DNA of 64,000 nucleotides from Myxococcota bacterium (GTDB lineage Bacteria; Myxococcota; Kuafuiibacteriia; Kuafuiibacteriales; Kuafuiibacteriaceae): NCBI GenBank assembly GCA_965223435.1, contig CBDCWQ010000023.1, positions 71,381 to 135,380 of the forward strand, read 5' to 3'. Shown piece by piece: positions 42,201 to 48,029 of this stretch (position 1 is its first letter; each line of letters starts with the position of its first letter). The notes under the pieces were generated by a model. It saw only the letters and a program-made list of their open reading frames with translations, ran no database searches and was not told where the DNA came from. The position numbers and the translations under genes were made by a program.

Positions 42201-45200
42201 CGCAAGCGCGTCGCGGTCTGTGGGTGGACGCACCATTTCGCGAGCTCGGGTGGAAACGTCGTACCAGCGGCCTGATGCGTTTCGTTGGTATTGAGGGAAA
42301 GGCGATCGAACAGACGTTTCGCTTGCGCATCTACAACGACACCGATCACGAGGGTCATTACACGGTTTCGTCGACGCCGGGCTTTGTTCGGTTCCGAAGC
42401 GTGCCCGTGGGCGGTTCGGGCCCCAAGCCCTTCGTGTCAGGGGCCTTAGGCTTCGAAGGGACGGTGCCTCCCATGAGGGGTGGCCGCCCCGGGGTGGTGG
42501 AGATTGAGGTGGGCGTTGAGGGTGAAGTGCTTGAATACCCCGAAGAAGGGCCTGCCGAAGATCTCTTCACGGTGGCCTATACATGGCCCGACGAGGCGTC
42601 CAAAGAAACCCGCTCGGGCCGTGTGGACTACGCGGTCGAGGTGGGGCGCATGCGGCCTTCCGTTTCTGGGGGCGAATTTTTGCTCGCAGCACCTGGTCAG
42701 TCCTGCGCCGATGCTTGCAACAAAGTGGGTCAGACCTGCGTCAGTTTGGGGAGTGTGGGGCTTGAGTGTGGCTTTTATACGGAGCTGGCCTCATGCAACC
42801 ACGACAACTCGACCCACTATCGTGCGCGGGGGCCAGGCTCGAAAGCGTCGAGCCCAGAGTGTCAATCAATCCGTGGTTCGAGTTGCTATAATGTGCCCCG
42901 GGAACAAGACGCGACCTGCTGTCAGTGCCAGCCGAGCGAGGGCGAGGAGACGCCCGAATCCCCGCCGTGGCTTACGGGATCCGACTTTGCGTTTTGCGCG
43001 CGCGTGGACACGGTCCCCACACTGGAATGCCAAACCCTGGTCTCGCTTTACCGGGCCACCCACGGAGAAAATTGGAAGCCTGCAAGCACCCCAGGGCGTG
43101 TCGATTGGCTGGCGTCCGACGACCCCTGCCAGTGGGAGGGGATTCACTGTAGCCAAGGCCGAGTCTCCGAGATCAGTTTGTGGGGTCAGGGGCTTGAGGG
43201 GGGCACCTCGCTTCCTGATTTGAAGGCTTTTGAAGAACTTTACAGTCTGAATATAGGGGGCAACGACCTCACTCATATTCCGTCCTCTTGGGTGTCGTTG
43301 ACCACGCTGCGAGAACTCAACCTGAGAAACGTCGATTTGTTTTCGTTCCCGATGTGGGTGACCGGGCTCCCCGAACTGATCAAGCTGGACCTTTCCTACA
43401 ATAAGATCCCCGGACCCATACCCCCGGAGCTTGGCCAACTGACAAAGCTCAAGTCTTTAAACCTCAGTCACAACCGGTTCACGGACCGCGTTCCCTCGGA
43501 AATCTGGGCGCTCGATTTGCTCGACCTGAACCTTGAGGAGAACCCGCTGGAAGGGCCGCTTTCGCTACCGAGCTCCGTTGTGGCCTATGACCGAAACGAC
43601 ATCGAAACCCACACGCTTTGGCTTTTGGGAACGGCCGAAAGACTGGCCAAAAAGCAAAGCGGCTTTTTCATCTCGAACAACCGCGAGCACGACATCCGGT
43701 TTGACGTGGAACATGACAATGCCTTCTTCCGCTTGGGTTTTCGGGCGTCCGATGATCGCGCCTTCCCCGAGGATGAAGCCCAAACGAATGTTCTCCGAAC
43801 GGTGGTCACGGTCCCGGCCGAAGGTTATGTAGCCGTGACGATCTCTGTGGATGCGGCGGCGATGGGATCGGAGCGAAGAGACCAGTTTCGGTTCGTCGAC
43901 CAAAACCGCAACCAGACCTTTGTTCGAGACGCCTTTGTCAGGGTCAAAGACCCCGAAACCGCGCGCCTGGATGCGACCCGCGGAATCGCCCACGTGCTCC
44001 CTTCGGGGGTCCTTTGTCATGCCGGAGAATGTCCCGCATCGCTCGCGCTCGGCTTGCTTGACGGACAGGGCGTGACCCATGCCCTGGCTGAGCTGACCGC
44101 GGGTTCTGAGTCGACGGTGCCGAGTGGCAATCATACGAAGGCGGTGCTCTCTTTCGGGCTTGGACAGTCCGGTCATACCTACGTGGGGATGCGGCAGGGC
44201 GGCGCCGGCGCCTGGGTCGATGTCGCCAACTTGCCGGACGCTGATTTCAGGGGGCCCGACGAGCAGGGCTTCTTTTCTTTCTTCTCGCGTCTTTTGAACC
44301 CGGGCACGGTGATGTCCGTGGCGATACGCAACGGGGCCCCCAACCTCGTGCGGCAAGGCGCCGATGATGTCGCCAGAGCGGGCCCTCAGGCCATTCGTGT
44401 GGGGACTCCCGAACTCATGACTGGTGCCCTTTTCCTGTCGACCTTGGTGGGCTTTTCGTTTGGCTCGGCGCACACCTGGACCACGCTGGTTCAACTTGAT
44501 GCGGCTCCGAATGGGGTGACTGAGCCATGGGTATTCGTGGGCCACGTCGAGGAACACGAAGTGACCACCCTCTTCGGGCTCGCACTGAAAGACGAGGCCG
44601 TGATCCGAGACCAGGTCCAGATCAGCCAAGTCCACGCCCAGGGTGGGTTTTCGACCCCTACCGTGAATTTCGAACCCGGCGCGATTTATGGCCTGGTCAA
44701 GAAGGTTCACAACACGGGCGCGATGCTGCCGTGGAACTATGTCGAACCCACCGGAGAGCCCGTGGCCGTGTACCGCCTCATGACCGACCTCACGCCCGAA
44801 GAGATGGAAGACGCCGTCCTTAAGCGCCACCCGGGATGGGCGTGGTTTGAGACCGTCGCCCAAAGCTGGAGCGGACAAGGTGTTGCGCCCAATGCGTTTC
44901 TCGATGGTCTCAAGGGCTTGATTCTCCAACCCAGCCTTAACCAAGGTACCGATTTTCCTTTCGATGTGAACGTGGTCCCGGAGTCTCAACAAGGGGCCTA
45001 TCTTGAACCGCTGTACGAAAAAATCTTCGGGCAAATGCCCTCGGGCGTTGTCTTGAGCGGCGACAATCCTGAAGGAAGCGGTTCATCCGGCAACGGGCAG
45101 AACGAAGAACAGAAGAGCACAAGCGAAGAGACAGGCACCCAGGCGTCGAGCAATCAGGGCGCCTCGTCTGACGAAGAGGAAGCGCCGTCCATTGCGAGCC

Positions 45201-46339
45201 TGTGGGCACAAATGATGGCGGAGTGCAAGAACGGTCAGACCCCGCGAGGGGCTGAAGCGAAAACGAGAAGTGGAATGCGGGCGTTGCTGACCGTGAAACG
45301 CCAAAAGGATGGGAGCTGTGTCTATTCCATTTCGTTCTATTCCCAAAAGGGAGAAGACGAAGAACCCGCGCTCGTGGCGGAGAGCCTCATGGCACCGGAC
45401 GCCGGGCTCGTCGAGGCCTCCATTTACCGCCACTCGGACTACGACTACCAGACCATCGCCGATGAGACCTACGCGTGGATGAGCACCACACCGAACGAGA
45501 TCGAGGCCGTCGATATGACCTACTGGTATACGGAGCAGACTATGCCCGATGTCAAGATGGAGCCATACTTGGTGTTTCAAAAATACGGCTTTCAAGGCTT
45601 CCACCTCCACGGAACAAGAACGCACACCCAGGATGGAAGACCCAAGGTGTTTTCTGTTCTCGCACAATCGACAGTCCGCCCCATGCAATTTAGCCTTGAC
45701 ACGCAAATCACGGACCAGTTCGTTCAGTACATACCTTGGAAGATCAACACCCGGGGGCCCGTCTTCAAGCACCTGAGTCCGCAAGATGTGCAGCAATATA
45801 TTATCCGAGAACTCAAGGCTTTTCGCGAGAAGTCCGAAGTCGACCTACGTCTCCTAGTTAAAATGCCCCCGGACATTCAAACGAGGCTTGAGGAACTCTA
45901 TCGGAAACTCGACGAGGAGGACCCCAGCGCTGAGCTGCTCAGCGAGATAGAAGGCATTGAAACGTATTGGCTGATCATTCGCTACACGATGCTCCACAGC
46001 GTGGAGATCATGAATCAGATCAACGATGGAAGCGGCGAAGCCGTTTTTGTTGAAGCCCCCAAGCTTCCATCCATCTATTTTACGGGGGAGATTCGTTTCA
46101 AGGACCCAGAGGATGTCGCTGCGGTCATCGATGAACTCAATGCGTTGGATGAGGCTGCTCTCAAAAAACTGGCTGCCACGGAAGATGAAAAACACGAGGC
46201 GATGGGTCAACTCTTTGCCAACGAAATCAAGAAGGACGCTTTGAACTTTGTCAAGACGATGTTGGAGCAGGGCGATCCGCCCCAAGATTGGGTCAATGAG
46301 GTATTGCGTCGAAGAGCAAAACGCGCGGCACAGGAATAG
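33284..46339 (+). CDS. Giant-family paralog C (4351 aa): scaffold as in A/D, extended helical region shared with D, beta-sandwich modules, LamG, Cys-rich segment, LRRNT-capped LRR, unknown C-terminal domains
   Basis: ATG at 33284 is preceded by GGAGG (33274-33278). Signal GLGAIAMGIACLGGAWVAQA. LEPGWNLVVAPF...GEGYWVHV; LEPGWDFFFV...EPGKGYWRHF. BNR-like ESADGGLSFS, ASNDGGLTWS, RSIDGGASFA. AGFERVWAYTQGIALANL; GWPFSWNTKGDDWKDVRLVTGASAWVVHGLG; NVVTEHNLDVLSVLNHAI; AIDNCSWLSLSV; SYHLEATAGLILGL; YSSERIQDLSTRLTSSTALIWFMDVYEH. Confidence 0.9.
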   Translation: MGRSFGLGAIAMGIACLGGAWVAQASSGSGHGETGYTVLLEPGWNLVVAPFTMDSLPKEWTEGAQAAQATVWPGGTTERREPAASLVAGEGYWVHVQEAQSFTWGQRPVAAFAALEPGWDFFFVDSRQIYRDPLVDRVLEWDAASQVYRSVRIGDPLEPGKGYWRHFASSQAVGDPQGPPRVEAPRRPSIVSAVVHDLSVALAWRAPSIFASGREIPEGSEVTHRVYRDGVLIKEVAAKRFEDVVPLSGRPYDYAVATVFRARDGTVLESTRSASVPVEVSSLEERVVPGAFESAGVLAEPSGPTALPSAALSASEGSIFGHVVHVVRDPKRGDSIWYARSAKAGQSGSFDAGRVLDRGQSGWTVAELVVAARADRVGVAWIEAPAQASKGATGGRLWITESADGGLSFSPRTLVRESPRFQRGLDMGYDRVLDHHLVWGDGGKVYYLKNLEGEVSNVFDVRRREKNTEQVRYLAQYPPQDGQCACTDCWCEDSHPLSQETDDEGRPLGPYREWIEERAVSQPSLSIDDEKVTIVGRQTRMWDNKSVPNKAWLAMAESPVYSDTIVQGSLPTRFVAGWRKTWKTAYEPGDEALLGALGFQAQYLYEGTWHEQDEIQVAQRPLVAGAWEQAPADGVSASAWKQGAWQDGVFQNWRISSAGMVGEGEGDGMPSYPRVASAPYGLVLVYEDGVSDDPNLPESNPIQLRASNDGGLTWSEPRTVGLGYLPQVGTTDAGDLAVLFYTPKSPQGGAIEARRSIDGGASFAPSALVSELARPIHWKSHGAGGDALRGRVALATHENLFFAVWVEAKPGLVGGDRVVGSRASYVSEVVAYDVALPETLTRGQSAQVTVTAENTYHMRVESPAKVALVRHLSRSFGTHLGSSGAAVSPSGPVGDGVVGSSPSAGVAEPAAGLELSFVAGQAQAWVDPEGLSLVSDRGVVHLADMVADASSFPGAHGAALVEDGSESRFGPEIPRFEASAAGNYKKAQWMQKKLFHYGPHDWTADSVAYQIEYEASDSDPIARAEASRWLAGAFEEGRASDNQYLAGFERVWAYTQGIALANLSQQGTPRSEDEAQAMARYLCAHAEFGVVDGKHVNKGWPFSWNTKGDDWKDVRLVTGASAWVVHGLGVYLTSSAFRNMDRPLDEEEIQACYRMALDGLEVHRHVGTIGGARVSLMTAGFTTRGLDQAATPWNIKGEDGQPVGLKNELWDYYDVLDALGYETFDEERPPEIARQIEVQKSGQVSVEPSGPRTLTEREFGVLKEEVRAKNVVTEHNLDVLSVLNHAIDHAEALGLDPHRLQEWRDELREGIFRVLWDQDERLWRSDLEGALAAAGADFRNRSRIEEALNNGDWGRVSTGGIIVTSSEVQDLKNGRRLSRDGVLDRLQAGAGSNVAEIESNRETLHFLRSAHVAIDNCSWLSLSVDYEDLTDQDKIDDLGRCLEFTTLAFAKELEVGPKRYYGTHYFFNEFEDRYISASGRQEQSYHLEATAGLILGLLQFAEHQPSHPKSAFFKEEALALWAGVQDFVLDYGFPYSSERIQDLSTRLTSSTALIWFMDVYEHIHAQTDDLQRPLRHYGMDLLAGSAATFVVDSYARLKTLTSTETGLIRSSGPDGVPFTRVDEQAMAVIVATNREDWAMADVWVRGLLKTQVGPPEQKEFPSIVDSRDGLPLLGAFRHTGVQMAVYYALGRYLDPSLTRPRGQSVLESEVRGVLHEGLKTMKDLYWEPYDPSTEDHFHYDMFLKGAPDFEQPRFQVSDNVFAYFAYQQAERLGLDGHHGARSMGRFEEMLADECEQGVISTRSDRAAGSALAANAGESRPLPFCVAFLTDIGRVEEALNLLPGVTRAREERTAFLVRRPIGDRAPKNTFPLLPGDALWGSDATEDWLRYAELDHVSRPHLWGQLIQEGFGHRALASIDPRQEELALEEYHWLTSLSGDSAFYHIAALLLHDPKGAFGVDAGPLFMVPEWPEPKLLRMDAEAPLGRLRLDAVRTLLVSEVSPFRFDALLDRVALVDFVLAQIDNNAPLSDWRYNFSLERDEWRLRADAFLSNLCEHAPFAEHVEDYESYFGLPCQDLSALYKALRTKRFGTPDDFPLSLVSESEPYLVSQFLGDLKVLMDHDWYMVPRGSEGDQPEDPSCVTCTIALGPVDNSDEPTASQLQRRMQQALIFAYDHRFERTTAFDKPFGDGPFRFSLRGMDSIDAYNPGAPSFWSERALVLRAIADHARSLSFDPPLPLRALRLPPSETKGDTVRRLRERINREWDGRITAAAEASGNLPGILHRWMQTGELYGAPNRESLGLHLSSRIEPKIVGATDDNRTLEIKPNTCRRYELYNNLSDRMDWTVVANGSSEGARFRVVLDDLRHRSLEPGETGSFRFCLEIDREYLSSLRGPLHQNPVGWFVRLQWDEGRLERAFRVELTGRDVVTDSYRDIEVVGAFDGRVRVPYGGCRRLEVINRTDETLSRTFEASVLEGDEPPSDGGVLRIEETAPQEIPPHGRVFVTACYDAPAGELSRGRVLETGWALDALHGDGDGESFSVDALVDGLVGHWSLDNHAEERSRDWYVMEPAFVGSVPVWRPGWVGAGLRGGSVFYVPVADGEYTHNHDFLETSEAFSISLWLARPARSGAGTLPLVGNRGPENLDPGWALTLGSEDHLELNLVSASGESFTAVSVDPVLWTRGASGGADSANDLWAHVTVTWDGKGAVGMFVDGQPLATHQTATDGFGPLPLPNTYGFRVGWPDVGSGPHAPGGIDELRLYRGVVTEGQIRALAATPSTPGGALLREGAEVLFDFEVPSQDPRWSTWSPPLGQRVMPVVSGGRRGLLIDHPNVRSETFLDGGEQIQPHGYRDTSAQDQWIMTNLKPRRTGIQALSMEVTTLAPASLGHFVQTRFSDDLFGETTWSDPVALRSQCTRVVFPVDVVENLVFLFTAPEDSGPDGVHGRYVIDNITLYHQDAPSLPGQGEPCTAFESVAQARRGLWVDAPFRELGWKRRTSGLMRFVGIEGKAIEQTFRLRIYNDTDHEGHYTVSSTPGFVRFRSVPVGGSGPKPFVSGALGFEGTVPPMRGGRPGVVEIEVGVEGEVLEYPEEGPAEDLFTVAYTWPDEASKETRSGRVDYAVEVGRMRPSVSGGEFLLAAPGQSCADACNKVGQTCVSLGSVGLECGFYTELASCNHDNSTHYRARGPGSKASSPECQSIRGSSCYNVPREQDATCCQCQPSEGEETPESPPWLTGSDFAFCARVDTVPTLECQTLVSLYRATHGENWKPASTPGRVDWLASDDPCQWEGIHCSQGRVSEISLWGQGLEGGTSLPDLKAFEELYSLNIGGNDLTHIPSSWVSLTTLRELNLRNVDLFSFPMWVTGLPELIKLDLSYNKIPGPIPPELGQLTKLKSLNLSHNRFTDRVPSEIWALDLLDLNLEENPLEGPLSLPSSVVAYDRNDIETHTLWLLGTAERLAKKQSGFFISNNREHDIRFDVEHDNAFFRLGFRASDDRAFPEDEAQTNVLRTVVTVPAEGYVAVTISVDAAAMGSERRDQFRFVDQNRNQTFVRDAFVRVKDPETARLDATRGIAHVLPSGVLCHAGECPASLALGLLDGQGVTHALAELTAGSESTVPSGNHTKAVLSFGLGQSGHTYVGMRQGGAGAWVDVANLPDADFRGPDEQGFFSFFSRLLNPGTVMSVAIRNGAPNLVRQGADDVARAGPQAIRVGTPELMTGALFLSTLVGFSFGSAHTWTTLVQLDAAPNGVTEPWVFVGHVEEHEVTTLFGLALKDEAVIRDQVQISQVHAQGGFSTPTVNFEPGAIYGLVKKVHNTGAMLPWNYVEPTGEPVAVYRLMTDLTPEEMEDAVLKRHPGWAWFETVAQSWSGQGVAPNAFLDGLKGLILQPSLNQGTDFPFDVNVVPESQQGAYLEPLYEKIFGQMPSGVVLSGDNPEGSGSSGNGQNEEQKSTSEETGTQASSNQGASSDEEEAPSIASLWAQMMAECKNGQTPRGAEAKTRSGMRALLTVKRQKDGSCVYSISFYSQKGEDEEPALVAESLMAPDAGLVEASIYRHSDYDYQTIADETYAWMSTTPNEIEAVDMTYWYTEQTMPDVKMEPYLVFQKYGFQGFHLHGTRTHTQDGRPKVFSVLAQSTVRPMQFSLDTQITDQFVQYIPWKINTRGPVFKHLSPQDVQQYIIRELKAFREKSEVDLRLLVKMPPDIQTRLEELYRKLDEEDPSAELLSEIEGIETYWLIIRYTMLHSVEIMNQINDGSGEAVFVEAPKLPSIYFTGEIRFKDPEDVAAVIDELNALDEAALKKLAATEDEKHEAMGQLFANEIKKDALNFVKTMLEQGDPPQDWVNEVLRRRAKRAAQE
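34150..35775 (+). other. BNR-motif (sialidase/beta-propeller-like) region of paralog C
   Basis: Three S.DGG.(S/T)(F/W)(S/A) motifs at about 34480-34520, 35390-35435 and 35545-35580. Confidence 0.55.
36420..37975 (+). other. Conserved helical module, copy C
   Basis: Runs from GFERVWAYTQG to LIWFMDVYEHI. Confidence 0.6.
40900..41600 (+). other. Concanavalin-A-like lectin / LamG (Laminin_G_3-type) domain in paralog C
   Basis: LVGHWSLDNH..., ...EAFSISLWLARP..., ...LWAHVTVTWDGKGAVGMFVDGQPL..., ...GGIDELRLYRGVVTEGQIRAL. This is the classic LamG_3 pattern (LVGHW.(F/L)D, AF(T/S)IS.W, W.HV..T.DG....(L/M)(Y/F)VDG, IDE(V/L)R(I/L)Y.R.L...(E/Q)I). Confidence 0.7.
43027..43565 (+). other. LRRNT-capped plant-type LRR segment in paralog C
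   Basis: CQTLVSLYRATHGENW...WLASDDPCQWEGIHCSQGRVSEISL (LRRNT_2-like cap) is followed by ~6 LRRs (LTTLRELNLRNVDL, LPELIKLDLSYNKIPGPIPPELGQLTKLKSLNLSHNRFTDRVPSEI...). Confidence 0.75.
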
Positions 46340-46416
46340 CGGCCAGCGGCTCCTTCGCCCCGGGAGCACGTCCCTTTGCGCGATGTGAAGAATGGGTTTG
46401 CGGTGAAGTGGTTCTG

Positions 46417-47967
46417 TTAGGGGCCAGATTTGATCGCTGAATAGTCCAATTCTGGCACGCAGCTTGTATCTGGCGGCTGGCTTCCGTCTTGGATAAAGCT
46501 GAGAATCAAACTGCGGGGGCACTCGAAATCTGACAACCCGACGACGTGGCCTAAGTTGGGGAAGTCCACTCGGTGTCCGTTGGTCAATCCTTGCTGAACG
46601 CGGTCCGTGAACTCGGGTGGGGTCGCGCTGTCGAGCCCTCCCGTGAAGAGCAGGGTGCGAATATGGGAGTCAACCCGTCGTCGCTTTGCCTCGGGGATGA
46701 CAGTGGTTCCCCAATTGTTGCAAACGGTGCGGATAAATTTCGCCTCGAATCGGGTCAAATCGATGTTGCCCGACCGGGTTTCTTTGTCGATGACCACATC
46801 GTTTTCGTCAAAACGGTCGAACTCGCTGCAGGTCATTGAGAAGAAAACGAGGAGGTTCGTCGTATCGCCCACAGTGTCTGGTTCGCGTAAGAACTCAAAC
46901 GCCCGGAAAAGTCTGCCCCGCAACAGCGTATTGTCTTCGGTCAAGACTCGGTAGACCCAGTGAATACGCTCAGCTGCCCAGAACATGCCGCGTGAGAAAA
47001 TCGTAAATTCCCGTAGAAGATAAGCGAAATCGAAGGCATCCATTTCCAAAGAATTGTTTGGGTCTGACGCCTCAAACAGGCGAATGGGGGCGGTTTCGAG
47101 TGCGGCGATGATCGTCCCGATTTGGGTTCTCAGGTTTGGAAAGTCTGTCTGGCAGGCGCTGTCGTTTTCACACTCGGTCAACAGCCGATCGATCGCAAGG
47201 CTATTGAACACTGCCAATTCTGCCCTCCAATACACGGAGTGGCCCAGCGGCATGGGGAGGACGCCGTCCAGGATCGCACTTTCTACGGCGTCTGGAAAGT
47301 CACGCATGTAGTGTTGTGCCAGCTGGCTTCCGTAAGAAGTTCCGTAGAGAATGATCTTCTCGTAATGTAGGGCAGTCCGAATCAGATCGATATCCGCAGC
47401 GTTTTGAACGCTATTGTAAGCCTCCATGTTGACACCCTTTTGTCGAAGCGCCTTGGCACACGCGCTCGCCCACGTGGCGTTGCCGTCATCGGTGCGGTCC
47501 GTGCGCTCGGGGCAAGTCAATTCCGGAATGCTTTTGCCGATACCTCGTTGATCGAAAACAACGACGTCACGGTCTCGGCGCATGTGGCTGAATAGTCGAG
47601 GATAGAAAAACTCAAGCGATGCGATGGATTCGCCGCCGGGTCCGCCCTGGAGCCAAATGACGGGCGGCTTGGGCGCACCCGCATTTTGCGCTCTAAAGCG
47701 AACCACCGCAATTTCGAGGGCGGGTGGACCATCCGCTGCCCGGGACTCTGGGACTTTCACGAACCCGCATTCTATGTTGGGCTCGAAGAGGGCCCGCACC
47801 TCCTCCCAGCACGTCGTGGAAGTCATGGTTCCCCAAGAATGGTCTTCGTCGTTCGGGTCATGGCCGCCCTCTTCGGTGCCACCGCAGGCAGAGGCAGCCA
47901 TAAAAAGGAGCGGCAAGAGCAGCCGACCGTTGTTTTTGCACCCACGAGAATTGACAAGAGGCGACAT
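46417..47967 (-). CDS. Lipoprotein alpha/beta hydrolase, peptidase S33 (prolyl/tripeptidyl aminopeptidase-like) family
   Basis: ATG at 47965-47967 with AGGAGA upstream. Lipobox LLFMAASAC. VIWLQGGPGGES, VVVFDQRGIGKS, ILYGTSYGSQLAQ (GxSxG elbow), and a C-terminal TLLFTGGLDSATP...FPNLGHVV segment (TAP-like). Confidence 0.85.
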   Translation of the reverse strand: MSPLVNSRGCKNNGRLLLPLLFMAASACGGTEEGGHDPNDEDHSWGTMTSTTCWEEVRALFEPNIECGFVKVPESRAADGPPALEIAVVRFRAQNAGAPKPPVIWLQGGPGGESIASLEFFYPRLFSHMRRDRDVVVFDQRGIGKSIPELTCPERTDRTDDGNATWASACAKALRQKGVNMEAYNSVQNAADIDLIRTALHYEKIILYGTSYGSQLAQHYMRDFPDAVESAILDGVLPMPLGHSVYWRAELAVFNSLAIDRLLTECENDSACQTDFPNLRTQIGTIIAALETAPIRLFEASDPNNSLEMDAFDFAYLLREFTIFSRGMFWAAERIHWVYRVLTEDNTLLRGRLFRAFEFLREPDTVGDTTNLLVFFSMTCSEFDRFDENDVVIDKETRSGNIDLTRFEAKFIRTVCNNWGTTVIPEAKRRRVDSHIRTLLFTGGLDSATPPEFTDRVQQGLTNGHRVDFPNLGHVVGLSDFECPRSLILSFIQDGSQPPDTSCVPELDYSAIKSGP

Positions 47968-48029
47968 AGTTTCTCCTATGAGAGACGACCAGGCAGGTCA
48001 ATCCTATAGCTTGGCGATTCCAGTCTGTC

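Noticed and set aside
43565-45034. Long ORFs antisense to, or out of frame with, the giant genes. Examples: 43565-45034 minus (489 aa), 39128-40189 minus (353 aa), 39513-40520 plus (335 aa), 5977-7026 minus (349 aa), 19320-20132 minus (270 aa), 36494-37237 minus, 45083-45796 minus and 60564-61277 minus.
   Set aside because: All lie inside ORFs with clear domain content on the other strand or frame. Their translations are Arg/Pro/Gly/Ser-rich with no recognisable motifs. Long spurious antisense frames are expected in GC-rich coding DNA.
46452-46467. Sigma-54-like boxes: TGGCAC-gcagc-TTGT at 46452-46467 (plus) and TGGCAC-tcctg-TGCC at 16173-16187 (plus, about 65 nt upstream of the DUF4291 gene).
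   Set aside because: The first lies inside the 3' end of a minus-strand gene with nothing downstream on the plus strand. The second has GG-to-GC spacing one nucleotide short of consensus and lacks TTGC. Neither is convincing without transcript mapping.
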